DNA from: Cetorhinus maximus
Taxonomy: Eukaryota
Direction: 5' to 3'
Length of the DNA stretch: 64,000 nt
NCBI RefSeq assembly: GCF_964194155.1
Contig: NC_135890.1
Span: forward strand, 119,226,001-119,290,000
Shown: positions 53,225 to 64,000 of the stretch, in pieces
Numbering within the stretch: the first letter of the stretch is position 1
How the letters are laid out: every line of letters starts with the position of its first letter
Notes under the pieces: generated by a model
What the model was told of the DNA's origin: nothing
Databases searched by the model: none
The model's input: the letters and a program-made list of their open reading frames with translations, nothing else
Program-made: the position numbers and the translations under genes

Positions 53225-53400
53225 CCACCCAGAGAATGTTGGGGGCCTGGAACTCACTATCTGAAAGGGTGGTGGAGGCAGAAATCCTCACCACCCGTCC
53301 TACAAGGCTGCAGACATACAGCTGGAAATGGGATTAGGCTGGATAATTTTTACGGCTAACACAGACATGAAGCAATGGCCTCCTTTTGTGTCGTAAGTTT
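53225..53400 (+). mobile_element. CR1 3' end fragment
   Basis: Peptide QRMLGAWNSLSERVVEAE, followed by a tail remnant. Confidence 0.65.
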
Positions 53401-53429
53401 TCTGTCTGCCATGTTTCTACATTAACGTG

Positions 53430-53780
53430 GAAGATTGCAAAGTTACGTCATATTCACAGAAAACAGGTCAAATCTATTTCAGCCAATTGCCCTACTCCTC
53501 ACAATCATCAAGTTGGTGGAAGCAGTGATCAATAGTGCCATAAAGCTACATATAATTACCAATAACATGCTCACCAACACTCAATTTGAGTGCCAGCAGA
53601 ATCACTCATCTGCAGATCTCAATACAGCCTTGATGCAGAAATGGAAGCAAGATCCAAATGCCAGAGAAAAGGCTACCTGCCTTCGACATCCAGGGAGCAG
53701 TTGATCAAGTATGGCCCCAAGAGGTTTCATCAAAGTAGTGGTCAATGGGGGTTAAAGGGAAAACTATCCAATGGCTGACA
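53430..53780 (+). mobile_element. Old LINE RT fragment related to the 26-30 kb family
   Basis: PIALLLTIIKLVEAVINSAIK...NTQFEC...SADLNTALMQKW parallels the 27970-28150 peptide. Confidence 0.7.
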
Positions 53781-53944
53781 CAGAACTGGTACAGTAGAAA
53801 TTGATTAAAAATGTTCAGATGATTCATCTTTTCAATGAAACAAAAGAGAAAATGCTGGAAATAATCAAGTCAGGCAGTATTGTGGACAGAGAAACAATTA
53901 CCATTTCAGGTCTGTCACCTTCCACCAAAAAATTAAGTTTATGT

Positions 53945-54800
53945 CAGGGAACAAAGGCAACAGCTTCAGTCATCCCAGTATTAAGGAAATTTCTGCTCAA
54001 CCAATATTGGATGTCGGACAAGCAGTCAAATAATTTAATGACAATGAAAGGGCCGGGGGCGATGGTCGTGAGATAGAGCTGGGAGTCGTCAGCATATATG
54101 CAGAACTTGGCATGTTTTCGGATGATGTTGCTGAAGGGGCTGCATGTGGAGAAATAGGAGTGGTCCAAGGACAGTGGTCGTTGGAGCTGGAAGGGAAGCC
54201 ACTGCGCCTGGCTCTCTGGCTACAATAGAAAAAAATGTAACCAGGTGAGTGCAGTCCCACCCAGCTGAACCAAGAAGGATGGTGTGGTCCACCATGTCAA
54301 AAGCTGCTGACAGGTCAAGGATGGAAAGTTTACCTTTGTCAGTTACATCAGATGTCATTTGTGAATCTGATGAGAGCTATTTTGTACTGTGGTAGGGTGG
54401 GGAAGGCATTGGAGGGATTTAAATATGGAGCCCTGTGAAGAATGGGCATGGATTTGAGAGGCAACAGTACATTAAAGGAATTTGGAGATGAAAGGGAGGC
54501 TAGAGATGGAGCGGTAGTGGACAGAGGGAACAATAGTTAGTTTTTACAGGGGGATGATGAAGGCAGATTTGAAGGGCAGCTGTACATTACCTGAAGAGAC
54601 AGAACCGTTAACAATATCAGCTAACATAGGAGACAGAAAGGGAAGCTGGATGGTCGGCTGCTTAATTGGAATAGGGTTAAGGAAGCAGTTGGTGAATCTC
54701 ACAGACAAGGTGAGCTTACAGGGGGGATGAGGAAGGCAGCAGAGAGCTTAGTCATAGAATCAAGCTCAAGGTGAAGTGGGCGGAACCTTAGAGGAAGTTT
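53945..54800 (-). mobile_element. L2-clade LINE RT fragment
   Basis: LDLSAAFDMVDHTILL, IYADDSQLYL, CLSDIQYWLSRNFL. Confidence 0.8.
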
Positions 54801-54849
54801 ATCTCTGTGGGCTAAGGGGAGGGAGGGAAGAGGCACTATTTGAAGGAGG

Positions 54850-55575
54850 GCAGGTAAATTCTTCTGGATATCCTGACCAATATTAATGCCTCAATTAACA
54901 CCACTAAAAACAAATTACCTAGTTATTTATCTCACTCCTGTTAGAACTTTCTGTGTGCAAATTGTCACCCATGCTTCCTTACAATATAACAGAGACTACA
55001 GTTAACAGTGGGGGAGGTGGTGGTGTAGCGGTATTGTTGCTGGACTAGTAATCCAGACACCTAGGGAAATGCTTTGGGGCCCAGGGTTCGAATAATACCA
55101 TAGCAGATGGTGGAATTTGAATTCAATAAAAATCTGGAATTTAAAGTCTATTGGTGACGGTGAAACCACTGTCAATTGTCGTAAAAACGCATCTGGTTCA
55201 CTAATGCCCTCAAGGGAAAGAAATCTGCTGACCTTACCTCTGGTACAAAACCTACATGCGACTTCAGATCCACAACAATGTGGTTGACTCTTAACTGCCC
55301 TCTGAAATGACATAGCAAGCCACTCAGTTATATCAAGCCGCTTAGAAAAAAGTATGAAAGGAATGGAACCAGACGGACCAATGGCATTGCGCTGTGGGTG
55401 TATCTAGGCCACGTGGGCTGCAGCGGTTCAAGGCAGCAGCTCACCACCTTCTCAAGGGCAATTAGGCAATAAATGCTGGCCTAACCAGTGATGCCCACAT
55501 CCTGTAAATGAATAAAAAGAAGTACTTCATTGGTTGTAAAGTCCCATGGACATGCTAGGTTGTGAAGGCACTGCT
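54850..55575 (+). mobile_element. Deu-domain-type SINE split by a tRNA-headed element
   Basis: 54850-55002 ends ...tacaatataacagagactaca. Resumes at ~55520 aagtacttcattggttgtaaag...gtgaaggcact. Confidence 0.65.
55009..55518 (+). mobile_element. tRNA-headed element with LINE 5'-leader and 3'-tail segments
   Basis: A-box tggtgtagcgg, B-box ggttcgaat, and the SINE body. Then atggaaccagacggacca (matches 26284 atggaaccggacagacca), then gctgtgggtgtatctaggccac...aataaatgctggcct (matches 30133-30265). Confidence 0.8.
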
Positions 55576-57336
55576 TAAACAGACATTTTTTTTTTGAGGA
55601 ATCCATATGATAACATATAATATATCTACTAAGCGGAACTGCAATGATAAGGGTTCTGAGCTCAATGCCTCAGCTCTTTCAATTAATTGGATATTGGGCA
55701 AGCCAAAGCTCACAGGTAACTTGGTTTCACATACAGGAATGGTCTGCAAAACTGATTTAGAAACAGATATCTAGTTTAAAGTCAAAAATGCAATAGGACA
55801 CAATTATCATCAACCATGTACAAGCATGTACATGATACATCAGAGTGCTCAGGGCACGCAGCCATTATAATTGAATTGGTGCAACAAACAACATTGCTCA
55901 AAATGTGTCCGAAATTAAGTTTCACATTGAGATAGACACTCCCAAAAAAAAAATCTGTAATATAACCCAATTAGACATAGGTAACAAGCAATTTTCAACT
56001 ATACCTTGTTTCGCATCAGCAAACAGTGCTAATGACTGCAAATGGCATTTTAAGGGTTAGCACTTAACTGCTGCATAAACCAGAAAATTCCTGTGTCTGA
56101 GCTGACTAACTTTCAGCTCATACAATGTAATGTTGACACAGAACTAATTTCACTGTAATAAAACTGCTCAAATGTAGACAGCATCTTTATTTCTGTGATA
56201 TTAACTCTGGGCTACTGAAATCAGCATATCTGTGCTGAGCTGATAAATGACAGCTGAGGAAGAAGTTGGACACCAGAATTAATCTTAACATTGGTGGGTT
56301 TGTGAGAATGAAGTGGACAAGTAATACAGTCAAAACTCCCACTCCTGTTCACTACCTTGGCAAGAAAGTACAGGGGCCACAGGAGCAGCATCAGTTTTGC
56401 TGCCAATGCTCATTTGTTGGGCTAACTGTTTATGGGGCAGCAATTCATGAGCTACTGGAGGGCTGATAGTTTGTACAGGACTAATATCCCCACAAGAGTC
56501 AGTACCTTCAAGAATTCTAATGGCCGGCGGGGGGAGTGGTGGGAGATCACAAAATACAAAAAAAAAGTTAAATATTTCAATTCTGCCTAGTTTCCCTTTT
56601 CTCTATTCCATTCTGTTCCACTGATCTCATCAATTTTCTTTCTTTTCACCTAATCCTTCTCATTTATTTTGTCTAACTCCAAAAAAAAATCACTTCCCTT
56701 CTTGTCTATGGTTTTCCCCCAAAAATTGAAAGTCAGGTGCTATATTTAAAAGTTTTCATTAGCTGAGAAACAACTTTACAGCTAATTGAAATTGTGGAAC
56801 CTAAGAAATAATTCATTAGCAACAGAGATATAACCCAGATAATTTTTTTTGACCAGTAGAAAAGTGTCAAACTCAGAAGGGGCCCTGTCAAATGAAAACA
56901 ATTCTGTATGTCCTACAGCACGACAGCACCTAGGCAAACTAGGATCAAAACCAGAGCAGATTAATTCTATAAATGTGACTGTTGTTGAAGTAATTCCAAA
57001 CAGGAAAGAATATAAATTCAAAACTAATCAAATGCATATTGTTTAAAATAAAAACAAATCAATGAACTTCAACTTCAAGTTTAGAATTCAACACAATTGT
57101 CACACATGCCTAAGTTGGCACTTTGTCAATTTGCACCCTTCTGTGTATGTGCTGTGCCATTTTACAGTGTTCTATTTAGCCAAAGCCGAAATCAAAAATC
57201 TCCAGAGGTATAATTTGTATTATTTTTAAAAAGGAGCTGTCACAATGGATATGCATTCATTTTCCTTGTTAGAGCTGAGGGACAAGAATGTCAGTTATTC
57301 CTCTTTGATGATCACAGGGACGATAACTTGCACATG

Positions 57337-57490
57337 TATAACCCTTCTTCAGAGCTTTGAAGAAGGGTCATACATACTTGAAACGTTCACTGTTTCTCTC
57401 TCCACAGATGCTGTCAGAACTGTTGTGTTTTTCCAGCATTTTCTGTTTTTATTTCAGATTTCCAGCATCCACAGTATTTTGCTTTTGCAT
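57337..57490 (+). mobile_element. Hammerhead/Penelope-like short element with a 14-bp TSD
   Basis: ataacttgcacatg at 57323-57336 and 57491-57504. Core tTGAAGAagggtcatacatacttGAAACGTTc (decayed). Partial 5' inverted copy acccttcttcagag. Confidence 0.85.
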
Positions 57491-58583
57491 ATAACTTGCA
57501 CATGACTTGATATCCCTGTTCAATGAAAAGCAAGAACATACTATGCTCTCAAAGTCAATATTTTGAAGACATCAAATGAATGAAGTCTTGTACTTGCCTA
57601 AACTTACATCACTCTTAGCATTGGTCAATCTTCATACTATTTAACAATTATAACCTACTCAGTACTGAAATACAGTCAGTTCAAATCTTGTAATGTACAT
57701 GTGATTCTATTCTGAATCTCCAGTTGAATGTTTACTCTAACTTCTAAAGCTCACAAGAATATGTTGACAAAGGAAGTTCTGATAATTTGCTTATCTGGTT
57801 TGTGCATTACACTTCCCGTGTGGTTTTCCGTCAATTTCCTGCCATATGCTGCCCCAAATTAACACAAAGAAACTTGCGAAATGAATGTCAAGCTACTAAA
57901 ACAGCCACCTTTTACCAACCGAAGTAATAGATTTTCAATAAAATAGGTTGTTAGACTGACAGCATGTTCTGTTGAAGGAAAAATACAGCAAAAAACAGTA
58001 TAAATCAAACAGCATTTAATTATAGAGCGACAACAACAACCAGCACTGGTTAGAATTTGAAAATATCAAATGCCAAAACAAGACAAGCGTTGCCTCCAGC
58101 TCCTTGCCTTATTATATTTCATCCACCACGTTACATCTTGAACAAGGGAAATACAGTTTGTTTATGTAAATGTCTCTTACAATGGTCAATGAATGCAGGT
58201 TACAAAGTCATTATGGGCATTGTGCAATGTAGGCTTGAGTGCAACACCATACCAAAAAAGTCATGTCCACTGGAACTTGGCTGACTTATATGGGAACAGT
58301 TCAAATTTTCACATGTCACCAATCACATCACTTATTATGGATTAGGCACATCTCGGGATCTTATAGATTGGGACCAAAATTGGCAAATATTTGTACCGAG
58401 CTGGCCCCTCATTATAATGGGAATGAATATACTGTAGTAAATGCAAAAATTAAGAAGGTATAAACAAAAGTGACTAAAAAATCCTGTGATATAGATCCCA
58501 TATTCTTATCCAAACTTTGCTGTTAAAACCAGTGTTGTCTCATAGTTACATACATATAAATGAAAGAGGTACACTTCACAGAC

Positions 58584-58784
58584 CTGTGTGGAGTTCTTCA
58601 GTGGAACTTTTTTCTTTGCTCGATCCCTTCCCTGATCTCGTCCTCTGTCAAAGGTACCATTTCCATTCTCATGCCCATTTTCACTTGGTTCTGCCAACAT
58701 GCCATTTGCCACCTGCCGTGGTTTCTTCCCAACTTGCTTCTCCCACTTTTCATTTCGTTCTTGTGGTCTAAGTGCAAGGTCCTT
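58584..58784 (-). CDS. Internal coding exon of an unidentified host gene (KDLALRPQERNEKWEKQVGKKPRQVANGMLAEPSENGHENGNGTFDRGRDQGRDRAKKKVPLKNSTQ)
   Basis: 201 bp (67 codons, phase 0-0). Acceptor cttattctttaattttgtcAG|, donor CAG|GTctgt. Purine-rich exon-like composition in unique DNA. Confidence 0.7.
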
Positions 58785-60425
58785 CTGACAAAATTAAAGA
58801 ATAAGTAATTGAGAAAACAAATCAGAGAATCCTTTCTTGCAGTTATTAAATCACAATGTATGAGTGTGTCCTCCCTTCGCACCCACTCACTTCTCTTGAA
58901 AATGATGGTTACACGGATACTGTTTGACTTGCATTGGCAACCTTCCAATAGTATGCCTAAGCGATATTTCTTTATGCATAAACATCAATGATATCAGCAA
59001 GCTACTGAATCATGGAAGATATCATAGCTCAGCCTGATTCTGCCTTGCCAACTCCTACACATTTTAGCAGTAACCATGCCAGTGATCAAATATTAGAACC
59101 GTTGATTATTTTTTATTTACCCCTCAGTTCTGGAATGCTAAGGTCAATTATCTTTGATGAGATCAGTTAGTTTAGCACACATCTTCCTAGTCCATAAATA
59201 ATTACTATTTTGAGTTTGTATCAACCACTGAGCAATCAGGGGTCCTTCAATACAAGATTAAAAGTTCAGAAATATTTAAATATATGTTTTCTGAATACAT
59301 CTGTTGTAATTAATCACAGCAGATTTTGCACATATTAGCACATTTGAACAGAGGCATCCTCCACATTATCAGATGACATTGGCTAAGTGGCTAGGTTGCA
59401 AGGAAATAAGCTCTGAGATACAGAAATTCAAGCCAACAACAACTGTATTATGGAGAATCTGCTTTTTAACAACTCCAGTATTGTAAGTCCCCCTCTTCTC
59501 AATCTCCTAGACTTCTGCTCCAAAATATAGTTAAATGCATAGTTCTCTGATTTGCAGCAAGCTGTTTTGACAACTTTTCAAGCAATATATTCATGTGCTG
59601 TAAACTGTAGGCAGAAGAAACTTTTTACCCATGGAAATCCTAATGATTCTGTACAGGTAATACGCAGGACCCTGAATTACAATAAATATTGGAAACATCA
59701 CAATCTGAAACACAGCCATTCAAGATATTTCTGGAATATCAATTTGATGGAGACTTAATTTTTTTTTATACACCTGGCTTTCCTGAAGCAATGGACAACT
59801 TCAATTACACACGATCAGTTGTAAACGCTACATGGATATGAAAATTGCTGCACGGCACACTGCCATTTGTACACTATCAAGCAACCATTTCAGTTAACAT
59901 GTTAATGGTAAAATAGTGCATGCTGCAAAAATCTGTTTTTGAGAATCCTCCATTATATACATCAGAGAAAGACAATGCTAGGCTGCATTAACTTGATCCA
60001 GATTAACCCATTCTGACTCCACACAGATTCACTTCTGAATTGCTTGCATTAAAAACAATCACCGATCTATTATGGCACTGTCTGCATCAACAATGTACAC
60101 TGACATGGTCAAGGCTAGTTTCCCTCTTGTTAAGTTTGAAGACCTCACTCCTAAGCAGTATTCCATTTTGCAGCATAAATTGTAACAAAAGAAATTCACT
60201 CCTCTTTCATTTGCCGTCATTACATCCTGTTGTAGAAGGTGAGGCTACAATGGTCAATTCTAAACAGAGACACAGTTGCTGTCCATTTTAAACAGCATAC
60301 TAATTTCTCTATTTCACCTGTAATCTGTACCCATAATATCTTCAGATGGCTTGGTGTCATCTTGGGCACCAGAGAAACAACATCTTAATCAGAAGATAGG
60401 CAAGGCTTGAACAGTGTAGACTGAC

Positions 60426-60555
60426 CTCTCCCCTCATCATTTTCTCCTGTCGTTTGTGAAGTTTTAATGTCATTCAACTCCTTGGAAGTGAAGACAGAAA
60501 TTGGAAATCCATCCTCAGTTGACAACTGAACACTGTTCTTCCAACTTCTGAGCCA
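60426..60555 (-). CDS. Candidate exon (WLRSWKNSVQLSTEDGFPISVFTSKELNDIKTSQTTGENDEGR)
   Basis: Branch-like ctcac, pyrimidine tract and AG; donor GAG|GTCAGT. At 130 bp it is not phase-compatible with the 58784 exon. Confidence 0.3.
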
Positions 60556-61804
60556 CTTATGACAGGAAATACAAGGAATTCGAGGAGAGACACAGTGAGT
60601 TATTCCAATCCCTTTGTGAGGTGCACTGTTAAGGAAAATGCTTCAGAACTAACAACTTCATTGCACACAGATAGTCCAACTGAGTGCCGGTCACTACTTG
60701 AAACACAAAACCACAAGCACATCACTATGCTGTCACTGTAATATTAAAACTACAAAGCCAAGCTACTGGTTGAATAAAACGGTACAACCCAACTTTTAAG
60801 GATATATTACAAACATTTTACAAGTTGCTAGCTACTTACTATAAATAATTTTGACAGCCCTGTGTGAATGACTCTTCAAGTGTGCAGAGGCTTTTCTGTT
60901 CCTCATGAATTAAAACCCTTGTTCTAACAAAAAATGACACAAAAATAAATCTGTGAAAGCTCCTTGTTCAACTCTTATTAGTGATTCATGAAAACTAATT
61001 GAGACAAATTTGAAGATGAAATAGATACTCTAAGTTAATCTTGTGCACAGAACTTAAAACTTCCTTCATGCGTTTGTTTCTTAAATGGTTTTTGCAGGCC
61101 TCATTGCTATGGTGATGTCAATATTCATAGTCATAATGAATGGGCAGCATTGTTGGGTCCATTAATTTACTCCTAGATTATAGATTAGTTTGCATGTGTT
61201 ACGGCACACAAAATCAACCTCCGTATCAATTAAATCTCTGAAAGCTCAATGAAACCATTCATAAATGCTCAAAATGTGCCAACTGAGCAACATGAGACAC
61301 CCATGTCTCTGGCTTACCTACATTGACAGGGAAAATACAATTTATTTTCTATAAATATGCCAGCCTTTCTCTGTACATCTCTCTGTACTTCAGGCCAGCA
61401 TGATGTTCAAAATTCAGTGTACCAACTCATCATGCTTCAGTGAATGGATAATCAAAGCGTTAAATGTCATCCAAATGCAGGATTTGATTCTTTTTTTCCA
61501 TAGGCTCTATTCCAAAACGCAGAAACAAATCTGTTACAGAAGACTAGGCCTTCTCTCCCAAGAGACTGTAGGCATAAGAAAAATTACACTGGGTTATTAG
61601 AAGTAAAGTGGCCAGGAACATTATGAAAACACAAGGGAAAAGCAAAAACCTACCCATCAGCTACTTCAATAAACAGAACAGACGCTAAACAAATAATGTT
61701 TTAAATATTTCGACAGATTGTATACAAAGTTCAGCATAACTTGAAGCCACTCAACCTGAAAAAGGACTACAAAACTCTAAACGTCAAAAGATCATGTTGA
61801 AATG

Positions 61805-62015
61805 CAAACATACGAATTAGGAGCAGAAGTAGGCCATTCTGCTCCTTGGGCCTACCCCATTATATGATAAGATCAGTTATGATCTGATTATGGCTTCTAC
61901 ATTTCTGTCTACCCCCTATATCCTTTGACTCCCTTCTCAGTCAAGAATCTATCCAACTCGGCCTTAAAAATTTTCAATGACCCTATCTCCACTACTCTCT
62001 GGGGAAGAGAATTCA
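61805..62015 (-). mobile_element. CR1 3' tail fragment
   Basis: acatacgaattaggagcagaagtaggccattc...ctctctggggaagagaatt. Confidence 0.85.
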
Positions 62016-62699
62016 AATGCATTTCTGAAGCCCCATTTAAATGGTAAACATGATTCAGTTCATATGACAATGAATTGTACTGGATCTATCTGTGGAGGAT
62101 CCTTAAGCTATTAGGCAGAACAGCTGCAGAATAGTAAAAGTGGCCAGACCAATTATAATCTGGGGTCAGAGAGTATCTTCAGGCTGAATGGGACATGTTT
62201 CAAATTTTATGATTGATTGCTTAAAAAATAAATTTTGCTGGGAGTAGCAGAAGGTTGCGATTTTGACTTCCATCGCTGTCTGTCCTTTCAACTCAGTCAT
62301 CATGATTGGTAGACCTCTGCCAGAGGTCAAAATGAAAGGAAAATCTGTCGTCTCTTACATAAGCCTGTGTTACAGGGTTCCTTGATCACAAAGATAGCTG
62401 GCCTAACAGGGAAATGTCTTCAACTGAGGTTATTTTATAGCACGCAATGTTACGTGAAAAAAAAATCAAAAAGCTAAGGAAAATGTTTTGCTACATGTCC
62501 AGGTCTATGCAGTGCCTTATTATTTCAGTATTCATATTAATCATCAATAAATTGATGGCTCTTTAACACTAGAAGGTAAAAGGGATCAAGTATCAGACAA
62601 GTGTTGTTTTATATCATGTTCACAAGTGCAAGAACAGTCTTCTCAGATGTGGGAGCACAGGTCAGGTTCTGAACAAACTCTGGTTTTACAGGAAGTTAT

Positions 62700-63400
62700 A
62701 AGTTGTTGAGGAAAAAATCAGTTTTTGACATGGGAGAAAACCAAGCTTTTTGGAGACAACTTTAGGAAGGACGTGCAGAATTACACTTGGCACCACAGAA
62801 AATAGTGATACCAAGAATGCCAACAGGCAAAATGTAATGGTACTGTTGGTTGAGCTTTCGAGAGACAGGGAGAAACTCGCTTTGAAGAAACCAGATTTTC
62901 ACTGCTCCATTGAAAGACATGAAGAAGATTTTTTAAAAAGTGATTTGAGATGATTGAACATTTTAAGCACCAAAGGCGCACGATCTGAAGGAAGTGATAA
63001 TTGTCGAAAAGAATCATCAGTAAAAAAGAGTAAACAGGTTTGGAAAACAGATGAAGGGGCCATTGTCATTAAGTAGGACTAGGGTGCAAGATAGAACAGA
63101 GCCTGGAATTCTCCTGAGTTAATAGAACCAGGGGCTAAACCATCAATTATGCTACTTATGGTTCAGGCAACAGGGAACTAGATAGCTATGGACATAGACT
63201 GGTAGGAGGCCAACCAACAATAACTTATGTTGAAATGCACAGCACTAGAGGCTATGGAGGTGTTGATAGCAATGACGGATGATTTACTCAAGTGTTAACA
63301 ATTGAGTTCCAGAAGTATACAACACGTATAACAGGGTGATCAATGGGGCAGCCATGCTGAAAACCATACTGGCAATCATGGATTGGACTAGCACTTCCCA
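62700..63400 (-). mobile_element. Ancient degenerate LINE RT relic
   Basis: Minus-strand fragments IHDCQYGFQHG, decayed SG..QGSVL..TL, and FTDDS occur in the correct order. Confidence 0.5.
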
Positions 63401-63467
63401 GCTAATGGATAATTTCAGAATTAACAGTAGCTTTCGAAACAACGAAAATTAACAGCGGCTACAAAAG

Positions 63468-63681
63468 GTAAAAGCATAATACTGCACATGCTGGAATATG
63501 AAATAAAAACGGGAAATGCTGGAAAAACTCAGCAGGTTCTGGCAAAATCTGTGGAGAGAAAGAGAAACGCAGCTAATGTTTCGAGTTGATTATCATCCTA
63601 GAAGAGTCATATTCAACTCAAAATGTTAACATTGTTTCTCTCTCCACAGATTGTGAGGTTTTCCAGCACTTTCTGTTTTGA
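63468..63681. mobile_element. Palindromic hammerhead/Penelope-like short element (decayed)
   Basis: aaatgctggaaaaactcagcagg...aatgtttcgagttga and tcaactcaaaatgttaac...ttttccagcactttctgtttt form inverted arms. Confidence 0.8.
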
Positions 63682-63754
63682 TGCTACACAAGGTAAGTGG
63701 GAATGTCTTTCTAAACAATTGAGTAAACATGAACAAATTTCTCAAGAAAGAAGA

Positions 63755-63950
63755 ACTTGCATTTATATGGTTCTTTTCACAACCTCAGGATGTCCCAAAG
63801 TGCTTTACAGCCAATGAAGTATTTTTTGAAGTGTATTCACTGTTGTAATGTAGGAAACACAGCAGCCAACTTGTGCACAAAAGCCCCACAGACAACAATG
63901 CAATAATGACCAGATACACTGTTTTTTCTAAGTGATGGAAGTTGTGAGAT
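63755..63950 (-). mobile_element. Deu-domain-type SINE 3' part
   Basis: cttgcatttatatgg...cctcaggatgtcccaaagtgctttacagccaatgaagt...ataatgaccagata. Confidence 0.8.
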
Positions 63951-63961
63951 AGATATACATA

Positions 63962-64000
63962 AAAACATTCGAATTAGGAAGAGTAGGCCATTCGGCCCCT
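63962..64000 (-). mobile_element. CR1 3' tail running off the window
   Basis: gaattaggaagagtaggccattcggcccct. Confidence 0.75.

Noticed and set aside
58598-58948. Alternative-frame 116-aa ORF over the exon
   Set aside because: It crosses the splice acceptor. The phase-0 frame fits both splice sites better.
1-64000. CRISPR arrays, prokaryotic operons, rRNA, or non-retroviral endogenous viral genes
   Set aside because: None recognised. The long ORFs are explained by retroelements or low complexity.

Overview
Eukaryotic, repeat-rich (over half transposon-derived), probably intronic window. The repeat landscape (many CR1 LINEs, Deu-domain-type SINEs, RTE, Tx1, L2, Penelope-like and Gypsy elements) points to a cartilaginous fish; this is inference. 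No complete host gene is present. One convincing minus-strand internal exon (58584-58784) and several weaker candidate exons suggest the 3' part of a large, unidentified minus-strand gene. Highlights: (1) a dispersed family of short, often palindromic elements carrying a minimal hammerhead-ribozyme core, plus a GIY-YIG Penelope-like relic that could be related to their driver; (2) a LINE whose 5' leader and 3' tail are both found in tRNA-headed SINE-like copies, suggesting a Pol III-headed LINE and its deletion series; (3) an RTE LINE with a twin-priming-type 5' inversion inside a four-level nested insertion; (4) solo LTRs with exact 4-bp target-site duplications (TSDs); (5) a roughly 170-bp hairpin with strand-biased G-U pairs. 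Family names come from motif recognition, not database searches, and boundaries of old repeats are approximate.
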